IMG/VR virus record: IMGVR_UViG_2921473944_000002
Coordinates: 1 to 64,000 of that record
Strand: one strand, 5' to 3'
Length of the DNA: 64,000 nucleotides
Origin: a virus
Taxonomy: Duplodnaviria; Caudoviricetes
Shown: positions 10,046 through 20,600 of the stretch, in pieces
How the letters are laid out: each line of letters starts with the position of its first letter
How positions within the stretch are numbered: position 1 is the first letter of the stretch
The notes under the pieces: generated by a model
Told to the model about the DNA's origin: nothing
Databases searched by the model: none
Seen by the model: the letters and a program-made list of their open reading frames with translations, nothing else
Translations under genes and position numbers: made by a program

Positions 10046-13000
10046 TTAATGCCCCCCCAAGTATCTAAATGACAGGTTGCCATTAGAACGTGGGATAAAT
10101 GCAAAGTTTCCAAGTTGTAGTCTATCTAAGATTTCTGCATCAGTTACATATAGTTTATTATTGCTGAAATACGCCACTTCATCAGTTCCCTGATAGAAGC
10201 TAAGTTTCTGCTCACTAAGAAGCATTGATAATTGCATGGAAGGGTCTTGGCTTGAAATCTTTCGTGTAATACGAAGACCAGCATCTTCCATAGAGAAACA
10301 TTCTGTTGTTTGCTCAATGCTTTCAATCTTTCCGTCAATAGCATCGACACGCACGATATATGTATTGACATCGGTTTGCACCTTATCAACTTGCTGCTGT
10401 GTGGTTACGCTGCTTTTCCTGATTTCCTCAATTCGACCATTTTCTCCAACCAAGTCATCAAAATCTTTCTTATTTGCAACGACATCGTTAATCACATCTG
10501 AGATAATTTTCTTCAACTCATCAGACATATCTCCAGTAATTTTATCTGTGTAATCGGTCAAATCCTCTGGTGCTGGATAGTAGTCTGTAGGACGATTTCC
10601 TTTTTCCAACTGAATGTAATCAATTGCATAATAATCATTACCGTTCATATTATCTGTGATTCTTAGTACGTTTGATATGATACCAACTCTGCCTGTTGTA
10701 AATAACTGGCTTGAAGCTGTCACGAGATTATCACGAGAATCTGTCACCAGTTCAAATTCAGTATCTTCGAGTGTTAATACTGTATATACCTTGTTCCACC
10801 CAGATGAAAGCTGTATCTGTTGCATGTCAGTTGTTTGCATAACACCATTGGTATTTGCAAGACATACATTGATGGTTGTATTCTGACGTGAATAAACATT
10901 CATTGATACGGTTAATTTTGTTCCAATCTCAGAAGCGACAAGATTGTCAGTATAAACTTCGTAGTAAATAGCTTTCGCTGCATTAGAACCTGCGGCAGAT
11001 TGAATTTTAACCAGTCGTTTTGCATCAATTTCATCTTCGGAAATGTTGTAAACTCCGTCTGTTCCATAATAATGACAGCCTTCAAGCTTATTAGATTTCT
11101 TGAGCAAATTTCTTGCTCCAATCATCATATTTGAACTGTCAACAAGTATCGGGATGGTTTGAATATCGAGCAGATTATTTTCGTCAGGAGACTGACTAGC
11201 CTTATGCATTTCTATGGTGTAGAAAGTAGGCATATCAGATTCGCCATAAATAGTGAAACTTTGCTCGGCAACATTGCTTGATGAGCTGATAACTTCTTCA
11301 GATCGATTATCGCTATAAGTCTTTGTAATAACAAAACGGCAAGGGTAGACCTCTCGATCTCCATTGCCATCTCTGTAATATCCTCTGACTTTAACTGTAT
11401 CTGGTGTAATAATATTGTTTCCGTCAATTTTGACTGCGGATGTATCAACTTCAAGGAAATATGTTCTTCCTGTCACTCCGGTCTCACCTTGTTTTGCATT
11501 TGTATATGTTACAGTTGAGTTACCGTCTGAATAGTTGACAGTTGTTCTTGTCCAAAGAATCATGCCATCAGCAAGTTCTGGTATCTCATCAGACCACTTA
11601 TTTGTCACAAATATTCTTGAAGAATTGTCAACCAGTGATAATCCGTTGCTAGTAACAAGCTCTACTGATTCCGGTGGAGTGGTGCTATTCTCGGTTGTTG
11701 CAATATACTCTATTTTTGTAGAAGTAATTGTGACATCAGCGCCTTTGATAAGAGACCATGTGTACTTTGTAGGGTCTGTACTATCAGCCTCGATATTATC
11801 TGTGTACTGTCCGATATATTTTTTATCTGTACCGACAGTTGTATTGAATCCAGTTTTACCATCGGCTGAATCTGCATAAGCTATATGAACATAGCCATTC
11901 TCGCCAGGAGTGCCATTTTCACCAACATATTTAGACCACTTATAGGCACTTGCCGCTGTAGGCGCAGCGGAAGTGGTTGTCGATGCGGTACCAATATATT
12001 TCGTTGCATTTGATGGTGTTATCGTCATTCCGCTACCATTAGCGTCTGTAGCATATCTTATCCAAAGGTAAGATGACACACCGTCGAAGTAGTCAACCCC
12101 CTTGACAGGCGTCTTACCATCAGCACCTTTGATAAGAGACCAAGCATAATCTTTATAATTTCCGCTATCTTCTTTTGTGTTATCAGAATATACACCGATG
12201 TAGGTCGCTCCTGTGAATTCTGATTTGGAAAAGTGTTCTTTGCCATCAGCACTCATAGCGTAAGCAAAATGTACATAGCCGTTTTTACCCGGAATACCAT
12301 CTTCTCCATCTTTTCCTGCAAACTTAGACCATGTATAAGAGTTCGCTGTATCAGGGTCTTTGATAACGTCATTAACACAAATACCAATGTAATCGGAAGG
12401 AACTTCTGATATCTGACTGTCTGTAGGATTCGGATATGCGGAATATTTAATATGAACATAATTGCTTGAACCATCGCGTCCGTCACGTCCATTGATTCCA
12501 TCAATACCGTCCGTACCATCAATACCCTGTCTCGATACACTGTATGTTACAGTAGAATTTCCATCTGAGTAATTGACAGTCGTTCTTGTCCATAGATACG
12601 ACCCTTCGATGACATCCGGAATTGTTGTGAGCCACTTGTTTGTAGCAAGTTCATTTCCGTTATGGTCTACGATAATTTTTCCATCATTAGTTGCCATTGA
12701 GTTCGCAGTCGGCGGAGTAGTACCGCTATCGCTTGGAATGTATACAACTTCAGTAGAAACGATATAAACACTTGTACCGTCCTCTCCGCGAATCTGCGAC
12801 CAAGCATATTTTTTGTAGTCTGTACTATCTTCTTTCACATTGTCGGTATAAACACCGATGTGCGTAGCGCCTTCGTATTCGACTACACTAAAATTCACGC
12901 TACCGTCTGCTGACTGAGCATATGCAAAATGCACATAGCTGTCCGTTCCGTTAGCGCCGTCCTTACCATCTTTGCCAGTAAATTTACTCCATGTATAAGA

Positions 13001-16000
13001 ATTTGCTGTTGTGGGGTCATTTACGTTTTCATCAACGCATATACCGATATATGTGGATGGCACTTCAGTCATTAACTCATCTGTAGGATTCGCAACCGGA
13101 CTATATTTGATATGGACGTATGATGATTTACCGTCCACACCATCGCGTCCCGGAATACCTTGACCACCGTCAGCGCCAGCTTTCAGTTTTGCAATTCGGA
13201 ATTTCTTACTGACGGATAACTTATCCATGTAGATTAGATCAAATACAACTTCCCCAATACTGGTGGTTAAGTTCTTGATTGTGTATCTATGGTTCGTCTT
13301 GTCCCATTCGCCTTCAATTCCGCTTGTGGCAGTGATTGTCCACTTTAAATCAGATGATTTTGTGATATCTGTACTACCAGAAAACACAAGTACATCTGTA
13401 TAGCAATCAGAGAAATTACCTCCGTTGCCGTTTGAGTCGGTAGTAATACCGATATATTCATTTGTAAGCTGTACTACAAGAGCGGCAGCTTCCTGCTTGA
13501 TGGTTTTGTCGATATAAGAGCCAAGGTCATCGCTGGTTGTCATCTGGATATGTCTACCGTTAATCTTGATATTTCCATCATCGTCCACATACACATATTT
13601 TGTATAAGAGCCATCTTCGTTCTTACGTTGAAGTGTAAATAGATCTTTGTTCGTATCAGCAGCATCGGCAGTAATCGTCATACCATTCTGATCAATTTTC
13701 ACAGAACCTGAAGTATTATAAATTCCGAGCTCATTTCCAAGAATGATGTTACCGACAATCTTATGTGCGATAATACCGTAGTCTTCTTTATATGTACCTG
13801 TTTCCGGGTCGTAGTAAATATATTTACCAAGACCTGTCTTAACAGTTTTCCATCCATCGTTTGTGTAATAAAATCCATGATTGATAATCTTTGTCTGTTC
13901 TGCGCTATAGTCGTCTCCAAACTCATTCTTTTCTCTCATTAAGAGACCTGATTCATCAACAACCATATTCTGATTATCAGCAGCATTTACGATTCTTTTA
14001 TTCGTAAGGTTCAGACCATTCTCAACCATATCCATAATCTGCTTATTTGCATTGTTTCCCTTATTAGCCTGATGCTGTACCATAGAGTATGACGTAGCCA
14101 TAGATTGAGCCTGAGCCAGAATACTCTGTGTATCTGACATGTAGTCCAGTCCATATGTGACATCAGAAAACTCTACGTCGAGCTTATCAAGATTGTCGTA
14201 GTCAATCTTATAAGAGGTCAATCGAAGCTTATATACCACTCCGTCAATCTCGATGTGAACCCAGTTACCGACCTCGAAATTAACAAGAAGAGGAGAGAAT
14301 GTTGCATTGCCTTTTACAAGATAAAGCTGATCGTGAGTAATGATATGGATTCCATCCAATGTGACGATTGGAACTGGAGATTCTTCCACATCCTGCTCTT
14401 TAACCAGAAGGAAATTGTTAAGGTTGCAACTGATTGTATGCTGTAATGTTGCAGATTTTACGATTTCACGTTCGGCGTTTTTGATAAATTCTTTTGCCTG
14501 AGCAATCAGTTCTGTGTCTGATAATCCATCAGAAATAAAATTATCATTCTGATATGTGTCGTCACGTCTGAAAGAACAGAACTCTACCCATAAAGCTTCT
14601 CCAAGATAACTTCGGAGATCAAGCTTGTTTGCAATAGTCTGACGCTGTTTCTCAATATAATCCAGTACGCCATCTGGGTTACTTCTTGTGCCTCTAAGTT
14701 TCAGAACTTCTGCTTCACGTTCTCTTAATTCATCCTGAATCCATACGCTTCTGTTGTAGTACGGTAAGTACATGGAAGAGTACAACTCATTTTCCGGGTC
14801 AGCTACTCCCTGCTGAATTAAGATATCCAAGCATCCACGAGCGATACTCGCAAGAATATTGAGATTGTCCACACTATAGAATGACAGCGCCTGTTTAAAG
14901 TCAGATTCACTCTTTTTAAACAGAGCGACAGTACCAGTTGCATCGACTTCATTTTTCTTCATTGCCTTTTCAATCTGACATTTAATGAAGTCTGGAGTAG
15001 CATCTGATACATACACAGTCAATTCTGCGGATGTCGCCGTATCGTCATCGTTTGAGTATCCAGTAAGCGTGATAGTTCCTTTCCATACCTTTGCTTCATA
15101 AATATTGCATTTTGCAGTAATTCTATACAAGGAAGTGTCAATGAACACTTTTGCATAATTTTGCACAGCAGATGTAACAGTAGCGGAAGATGAAATCTCT
15201 GCATTCTGAATACCGAGAGGAGATAATGAGCTCGTTGTGAGCTTTGCAAGCTCTTTTGCAGCAGTAGTTTTTTCGCCATGCTCTGATGCAGGAGCGAGAG
15301 TAGTCTTTAATAAGCTATAGAAATTTAATGCAGAATAATATACATCTGTCAACGCAGAATACCCTATGATTGGATATTTGACATTCGTCAGAGTATCATC
15401 ATACAGCTTATATTTATTGATAAGAGCGTTATAATCAGCAATTACAGTAGATGGAATGTCTATCTGCTTTTTAGTTGAGTATGATTCGTATTCTGTATCA
15501 TAAGCCTTCAGCTTGTCCTGTAAAGCTTGTGACATATCAGCGCGAACAGAATCGCTCAAATACCAAATATACTGACTACCGCTAGGGTTGATATTACGAA
15601 TCGTCGCAGTCATCAAATCATCGCCAGCAACGAGGCGGAAACAGTTTTTTACACTGTCTTTATTTGATGAATAGGTAATATCTCCGGCAAAATTCTCATG
15701 ACTAAGAAAAATGCCGCTATCAGTTCCATATCCGTAATTGATATTTGCAGAGCCACATTTCGGGCATACCTTTGTAGTGAATGAGCCACGTTCGCCGCAT
15801 TCCATACATCGGTCGTTTAAATCATATACAGAAATAGTTCTGTGAATTTTGCCATCGTTATTTGTATATTCGCCATATTTAAAAAGACACTCTACTTCAT
15901 TTGCGATGTCATCAAATGCATCTTTTATACTCGAGCCGTCCCATGAAAATGTTCGTTGTAGATTTGCAATAGATGAATCTACATGCACGATAGTATAATG

Positions 16001-16495
16001 AGATGCTTTGTCTTTTAAAATTCTGTCCAGAGCAGATGCCTCTGGATTCTTTGGGTCATAGATAATAGTAGGAGAGTAGTCGTCTCTCGCAATATCATCT
16101 TCTGTGTTAATTTCAACACCATTCAATGTAAGCTGACCAAGCTCTGCTTCCTGTAAATGAACGCCTTGACAATGCTTGATTGTACAGTCATTTTCATCGA
16201 CTTCTACAGAAAGCTCATACCACGGATTGAATGTAGATGTGTCAAGGTGTGGTATATATACCAGTCTGAAATCTCTGAGATCATCCCATAACTGGCATTC
16301 AACACCATCGATCTCCTTATAAACATCAAAGGATATCTCAGCAGTTTCTACAAGTGCATTTGCATTCGTCAGTGATTGGACATTGTGAATAATTCCTTGT
16401 TTGGTTCCTCCACGATAAGAGAGAACGAGATCTGGTGTAATTGGCTGACCGTCAGGACTTATTTCAATAAGACCTCCATATAAAGAAGTATTCAC
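10046..16495 (-). CDS. large tail-tip / host-specificity protein with collagen-like and YVH(I/F)xY...Y(T/A)WS repeats
   Basis: 2149 aa, after Dit; repeated GxDGxDG + YVHIKYS/YVHFAYA...YTWS modules; C-terminal FIPRSNGNLS. Confidence 0.8.
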   Translation of the reverse strand: MNTSLYGGLIEISPDGQPITPDLVLSYRGGTKQGIIHNVQSLTNANALVETAEISFDVYKEIDGVECQLWDDLRDFRLVYIPHLDTSTFNPWYELSVEVDENDCTIKHCQGVHLQEAELGQLTLNGVEINTEDDIARDDYSPTIIYDPKNPEASALDRILKDKASHYTIVHVDSSIANLQRTFSWDGSSIKDAFDDIANEVECLFKYGEYTNNDGKIHRTISVYDLNDRCMECGERGSFTTKVCPKCGSANINYGYGTDSGIFLSHENFAGDITYSSNKDSVKNCFRLVAGDDLMTATIRNINPSGSQYIWYLSDSVRADMSQALQDKLKAYDTEYESYSTKKQIDIPSTVIADYNALINKYKLYDDTLTNVKYPIIGYSALTDVYYSALNFYSLLKTTLAPASEHGEKTTAAKELAKLTTSSLSPLGIQNAEISSSATVTSAVQNYAKVFIDTSLYRITAKCNIYEAKVWKGTITLTGYSNDDDTATSAELTVYVSDATPDFIKCQIEKAMKKNEVDATGTVALFKKSESDFKQALSFYSVDNLNILASIARGCLDILIQQGVADPENELYSSMYLPYYNRSVWIQDELREREAEVLKLRGTRSNPDGVLDYIEKQRQTIANKLDLRSYLGEALWVEFCSFRRDDTYQNDNFISDGLSDTELIAQAKEFIKNAEREIVKSATLQHTISCNLNNFLLVKEQDVEESPVPIVTLDGIHIITHDQLYLVKGNATFSPLLVNFEVGNWVHIEIDGVVYKLRLTSYKIDYDNLDKLDVEFSDVTYGLDYMSDTQSILAQAQSMATSYSMVQHQANKGNNANKQIMDMVENGLNLTNKRIVNAADNQNMVVDESGLLMREKNEFGDDYSAEQTKIINHGFYYTNDGWKTVKTGLGKYIYYDPETGTYKEDYGIIAHKIVGNIILGNELGIYNTSGSVKIDQNGMTITADAADTNKDLFTLQRKNEDGSYTKYVYVDDDGNIKINGRHIQMTTSDDLGSYIDKTIKQEAAALVVQLTNEYIGITTDSNGNGGNFSDCYTDVLVFSGSTDITKSSDLKWTITATSGIEGEWDKTNHRYTIKNLTTSIGEVVFDLIYMDKLSVSKKFRIAKLKAGADGGQGIPGRDGVDGKSSYVHIKYSPVANPTDELMTEVPSTYIGICVDENVNDPTTANSYTWSKFTGKDGKDGANGTDSYVHFAYAQSADGSVNFSVVEYEGATHIGVYTDNVKEDSTDYKKYAWSQIRGEDGTSVYIVSTEVVYIPSDSGTTPPTANSMATNDGKIIVDHNGNELATNKWLTTIPDVIEGSYLWTRTTVNYSDGNSTVTYSVSRQGIDGTDGIDGINGRDGRDGSSNYVHIKYSAYPNPTDSQISEVPSDYIGICVNDVIKDPDTANSYTWSKFAGKDGEDGIPGKNGYVHFAYAMSADGKEHFSKSEFTGATYIGVYSDNTKEDSGNYKDYAWSLIKGADGKTPVKGVDYFDGVSSYLWIRYATDANGSGMTITPSNATKYIGTASTTTSAAPTAASAYKWSKYVGENGTPGENGYVHIAYADSADGKTGFNTTVGTDKKYIGQYTDNIEADSTDPTKYTWSLIKGADVTITSTKIEYIATTENSTTPPESVELVTSNGLSLVDNSSRIFVTNKWSDEIPELADGMILWTRTTVNYSDGNSTVTYTNAKQGETGVTGRTYFLEVDTSAVKIDGNNIITPDTVKVRGYYRDGNGDREVYPCRFVITKTYSDNRSEEVISSSSNVAEQSFTIYGESDMPTFYTIEMHKASQSPDENNLLDIQTIPILVDSSNMMIGARNLLKKSNKLEGCHYYGTDGVYNISEDEIDAKRLVKIQSAAGSNAAKAIYYEVYTDNLVASEIGTKLTVSMNVYSRQNTTINVCLANTNGVMQTTDMQQIQLSSGWNKVYTVLTLEDTEFELVTDSRDNLVTASSQLFTTGRVGIISNVLRITDNMNGNDYYAIDYIQLEKGNRPTDYYPAPEDLTDYTDKITGDMSDELKKIISDVINDVVANKKDFDDLVGENGRIEEIRKSSVTTQQQVDKVQTDVNTYIVRVDAIDGKIESIEQTTECFSMEDAGLRITRKISSQDPSMQLSMLLSEQKLSFYQGTDEVAYFSNNKLYVTDAEILDRLQLGNFAFIPRSNGNLSFRYLGGH

Positions 16496-17289
16496 GCAAT
16501 CACCACCTTCGCAATCGGATTATATGAAATAGAGTATGTACAAGGGAGGTTAAACGTAAGTTTATTTACCACATTGCCATACTCATTGTTGATTCGGATA
16601 AATTTGTAGTTAAAGTCATCTCCAAGTTCATGAGATTTATTACTTGATAAAATCTGCAGGAGATGAGTGAATGTGAGAGTTTCCCCAGACGAACACCCTC
16701 TTACAACCGTAGTCCTTTTATCGAAATTATTTGTAATTTTCAAGTCACCAGCAGCTTTCAATGTAACCGTAATATCTGGATAAATATATCCCTCATCGTC
16801 GCTTGTATCATCAATACTTATAGACCCATCTTTTGATACAGAGCCACTGAACGCTACTTTGTCCTTATATCCAAATGGAGCAGTAGCTGTAAATGTTAGA
16901 TGGAAACCAACACACACATCGTCTGAATGTATTTCTTCTACATTAAATGTTCCATTCCAGAAAATACCTTCGTAGTCGTTACCACCAATTCTGAATTCGG
17001 ACGCAATAGGACTTTCAAGCCATCTTTTTAATGCAGCAGATTCTTTTGGTTTTATTTCAGCCCCAACATTTTCTCCGCTTTTACATATCGACATTTCTGC
17101 AACAAATGCTCCATCGTATACTGAATATATAATCGGGAAATACCGCCCACCAAACATAGATATCGAAGTGAATTCTCTCTGTGAATCAGTTGTGACATTT
17201 TCTACAGAACCAGATCCATCGAATTCGCAAAGCATATATCCACGATTGCTCAATGATTCTCCTCTAAAGGTAAAATCGCATCTATCCAT
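16492..17289 (-). CDS. distal tail protein (Dit-like)
   Basis: Position after the tape measure; FTATAPFGY motif. Confidence 0.65.
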   Translation of the reverse strand: MDRCDFTFRGESLSNRGYMLCEFDGSGSVENVTTDSQREFTSISMFGGRYFPIIYSVYDGAFVAEMSICKSGENVGAEIKPKESAALKRWLESPIASEFRIGGNDYEGIFWNGTFNVEEIHSDDVCVGFHLTFTATAPFGYKDKVAFSGSVSKDGSISIDDTSDDEGYIYPDITVTLKAAGDLKITNNFDKRTTVVRGCSSGETLTFTHLLQILSSNKSHELGDDFNYKFIRINNEYGNVVNKLTFNLPCTYSISYNPIAKVVIA

Positions 17290-17310
17290 ACGTCCTCCTC
17301 CTTTCGCAAT

Positions 17311-17613
17311 CTATACCTTGAATTGTTTATTTAATTGATTGAATCTCTTTTCATATTCTTTTCTGATTTTACGAATCGCAAATACAGATTCTTTGTATTG
17401 CTTCCTATAAGCAAGAGCCTCTTGGATTCGTGAGTTCCATTCGTCTCGCAAAGACTCTACATCACCAACAATTTGCTCATAATGTTGATTTTTATCTGAA
17501 AGCTCTGCATTTTCCTCACGCAAAGCTTTGTTTTCATATTTCAATTTTTCAATTTTCTCCTGCAGACTTTTAATTGTTCGTTCCTGCATATCAACTTTTC
17601 TGTTTAAATTCAT
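17311..17613 (-). CDS. coiled-coil hypothetical protein
   Basis: ORF with GGAG RBS. Confidence 0.6.
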   Translation of the reverse strand: MNLNRKVDMQERTIKSLQEKIEKLKYENKALREENAELSDKNQHYEQIVGDVESLRDEWNSRIQEALAYRKQYKESVFAIRKIRKEYEKRFNQLNKQFKV

Positions 17614-17667
17614 TGTCCTTTTCCTCCAATAGAAAGAGAGGCAACATATTCATTGCCTCTCTAATTG

Positions 17668-20600
17668 CTACCACTGATATTTATTTTTCGATAGTTTACT
17701 GCCACCAGATAACTGGTCAACAGTCATAGAACGAATCATCTTTTCAAATTTTCCGTCTTTACGCATCTGATTCATAAAATCATTGTAGTCTTGTACATGG
17801 TCTATCGGAATAGTTACCTGATAGGTAATATCTCCGATATTTGTTGTGTCCTTGCCAGAAACCGGTGTGCTCATTTTGGCGATTTGTGATAATACATTTG
17901 TTGTACCATCATCTCCAAACAATGCACTGATTGGATTGCTTCCGTCTGCGATACTTCTCATCGCATCTTTTAATGCAATGAAGTTCTTAGTATCTTCTGG
18001 GTTAAGAACCATCTCAGGTTCCGTTGGAGATCCATCCAGCCAAGCAACTCCTGTGTAATCGGCGAGACCGCCCTTCTTAAATGCGCTGTAATAATACTGC
18101 GATAATTTACTCTTTCCTGTACTCACCCAATATCTATACAAATCTCCATTGTTTGCATGAGCATTGATGTAGCTTTGTACAGCAGCAGCGTTGGCAGCTC
18201 CAAATTTAGATGTTAGTCTACCTTTTCTGTCTGGGTCGTTTCCCCATCCAGATTTAGAGCCGTAAATCCAAATAGCAGCTGCAACACCTCGTTTTACATC
18301 TTCTGTAAACTTAGGGGCATTGTTTGCGGGCGTACTTGCAGGTGCAGAAGGAGCAGGAGGCTTTGCAGACGGGTCTGTCTTTGTCGATGGTGTAGCAGAA
18401 TTTATAGTTGAATCAGCCTTCTTATCGCTCTCCTTAACCATCGCTCCAATCTTATATGCTATCTTTGTGATAACATCATTTACGGATGTCAGCTGAGTAA
18501 GGAATGATTCTCCATATTTGGTAATTATGGAGTATCCACCGCCTTCATTTGACCAAATAGAACGCATCGCTGCAGATAAATCATAGCCGACCTTTTCACT
18601 TTGTGTTTGCAGTGTTGTGCTAATATTAGCCGAGTTGGAATTGATTGTAGCTATCATATCCGCCATTAAGGCATCGATATTATCTAAGCGTTCATTCAAG
18701 ATTGCTTCATATTCATCATATAGATTATCGAGAAGCTTTTTCTGTTCGCTGATATAATGTTCGTACTGTGTCTCTTCCAAGTCGTCCATAGCATCAGCTA
18801 AGTCAACCTGAATTTTCTGTATAGTGGCTTTGGTTTCTTCAGAATTATCTCCAGAGTAAGCAAGCAATTGCTTTTGAAGTTTAGCAATTTCTGATGACTG
18901 CTTCTCAATGTCTTTCTGATAATCATGCAAATTCTTAGCCGTGTCTATAGCATCAGTGTATTTATCAATTAAATCCTGTAAGGCATCAAGTTCTTTTTCG
19001 ATACCATCAGCTACGAGGTCTTTAATTGCTTGTTTTTCATCCTCAGCTGCGAGAATTGCATCACGTTGCGCCTCTAATAGGTCTTGTCGATGTTCTAATA
19101 ATTTTGTATTATTAGGGTCATTAGCAATCTCTGCGTTCAACTTCTTTAACTCTTCCGCATATTTATCAGCCTGAGCCATATATACATTATAGTTCTGACC
19201 ACGGAGACCAAGTGTTGCCATACCTGTATCGGTAAATTTACCGTTATCAGTATATAGATTTGAGTTCTCCATTAAGTCAATCATGAAGTTTGCTTCGTCA
19301 GTAATATTGCTTATTTGTTCTTGCAGATAATCGAAGCGATCCCATTTCGTCTCACGTATTGAATTCTGGAATTTTACTAAAGCTGTCTCAGATTCTTGTA
19401 TTGCTTCTTTAACAGAATTGATATCATTCTGCATATCATACCAAGCTTCACTACCTTCTTTAATTTCTCCAGAGTTAACGGCTTCTGACATGGATTTTAC
19501 AAGCGAATCAAGTTCTTTCTTTTGAATATCAATGTTCTGTTTTTCAACATTTTGCATTGCTTCGTAGAATTTAGTACTTGCAAGATATCCACGCTCTTCA
19601 AGGTCGTCAATGCCATTGTCATACGTGTTTGTAAGATGCTCTAAAAGACTGAGCTGATTTTCAAAATCATTCGAGAGATTATCAAATCTATCCTTATATA
19701 AATTTGCAATTTCTTTATGCAAATCAGCCACTGCATCTTTTGCTTCGATTGCTTTTTCATAGAAGTCCTGATAATCTTTAATCTTATCAGCTAAGTCTTC
19801 ATCTGTTACAGTGGATATCTCAAATGAACCTTCATGTATCTTTCTAGCCCATGTTTCATCAAGACCGAGAGAATTGGCTTTTGCCATATAGCTTTCGTAT
19901 GCACGATTTTCTACATTGATTTTATTTGCTACGGCAGATATCTCCGATACTAGAGCACTATTACGCGTCGTAAGTGTCTTGAATGCACTATCTGCAATAA
20001 CTTTTAAGCGATCGATAGCTTCAGAAGCTCTGTCTACAGCAATGGCAATTAAGTCAAATTCTTCCTCAAACTCTTTTTCAGCGTCATTATTTGAGCTTGA
20101 GCTTTTAGAGGATGACTTCGTACCGCTTGTCTTACGAGAGCCGCTTGTCTTACTAGAGCCACTTGATTTTTTCTTGCTTGAACTAGATGTCTTATGAATA
20201 GATGAGCTGCTTCCAGAGCTAGGTCTGCGACCACCTCCTGACCCACTTTCATAAGCAGATAAATTCAAGGTATTAAATGCTGTACCATCAGCCAAGGCAA
20301 CTCTGCCGTGACCTCCTCCAGACGTAATACGTCCACTTTTAATGAGTTCTTTTGTCTGTTCGGCTGAAAAGATGATGTCTCCCTTTTTAAGCTGTGCTAT
20401 CTGTGCGCCGCCAGGAATAGGAAACCATCTACCATTTCTAACAATTGACTCAGTGCCAAGCTCATTAACAAGAGCACTTTCATCTTTCATCAGAGACCAG
20501 TTATTACCAGCTGCATATGCTCCAATAGAATCTCTGTAATGATTCCACATAGACATCACAGTACCATCTGCGTGTGCAGTACCATCTGCGAATCCTACTT

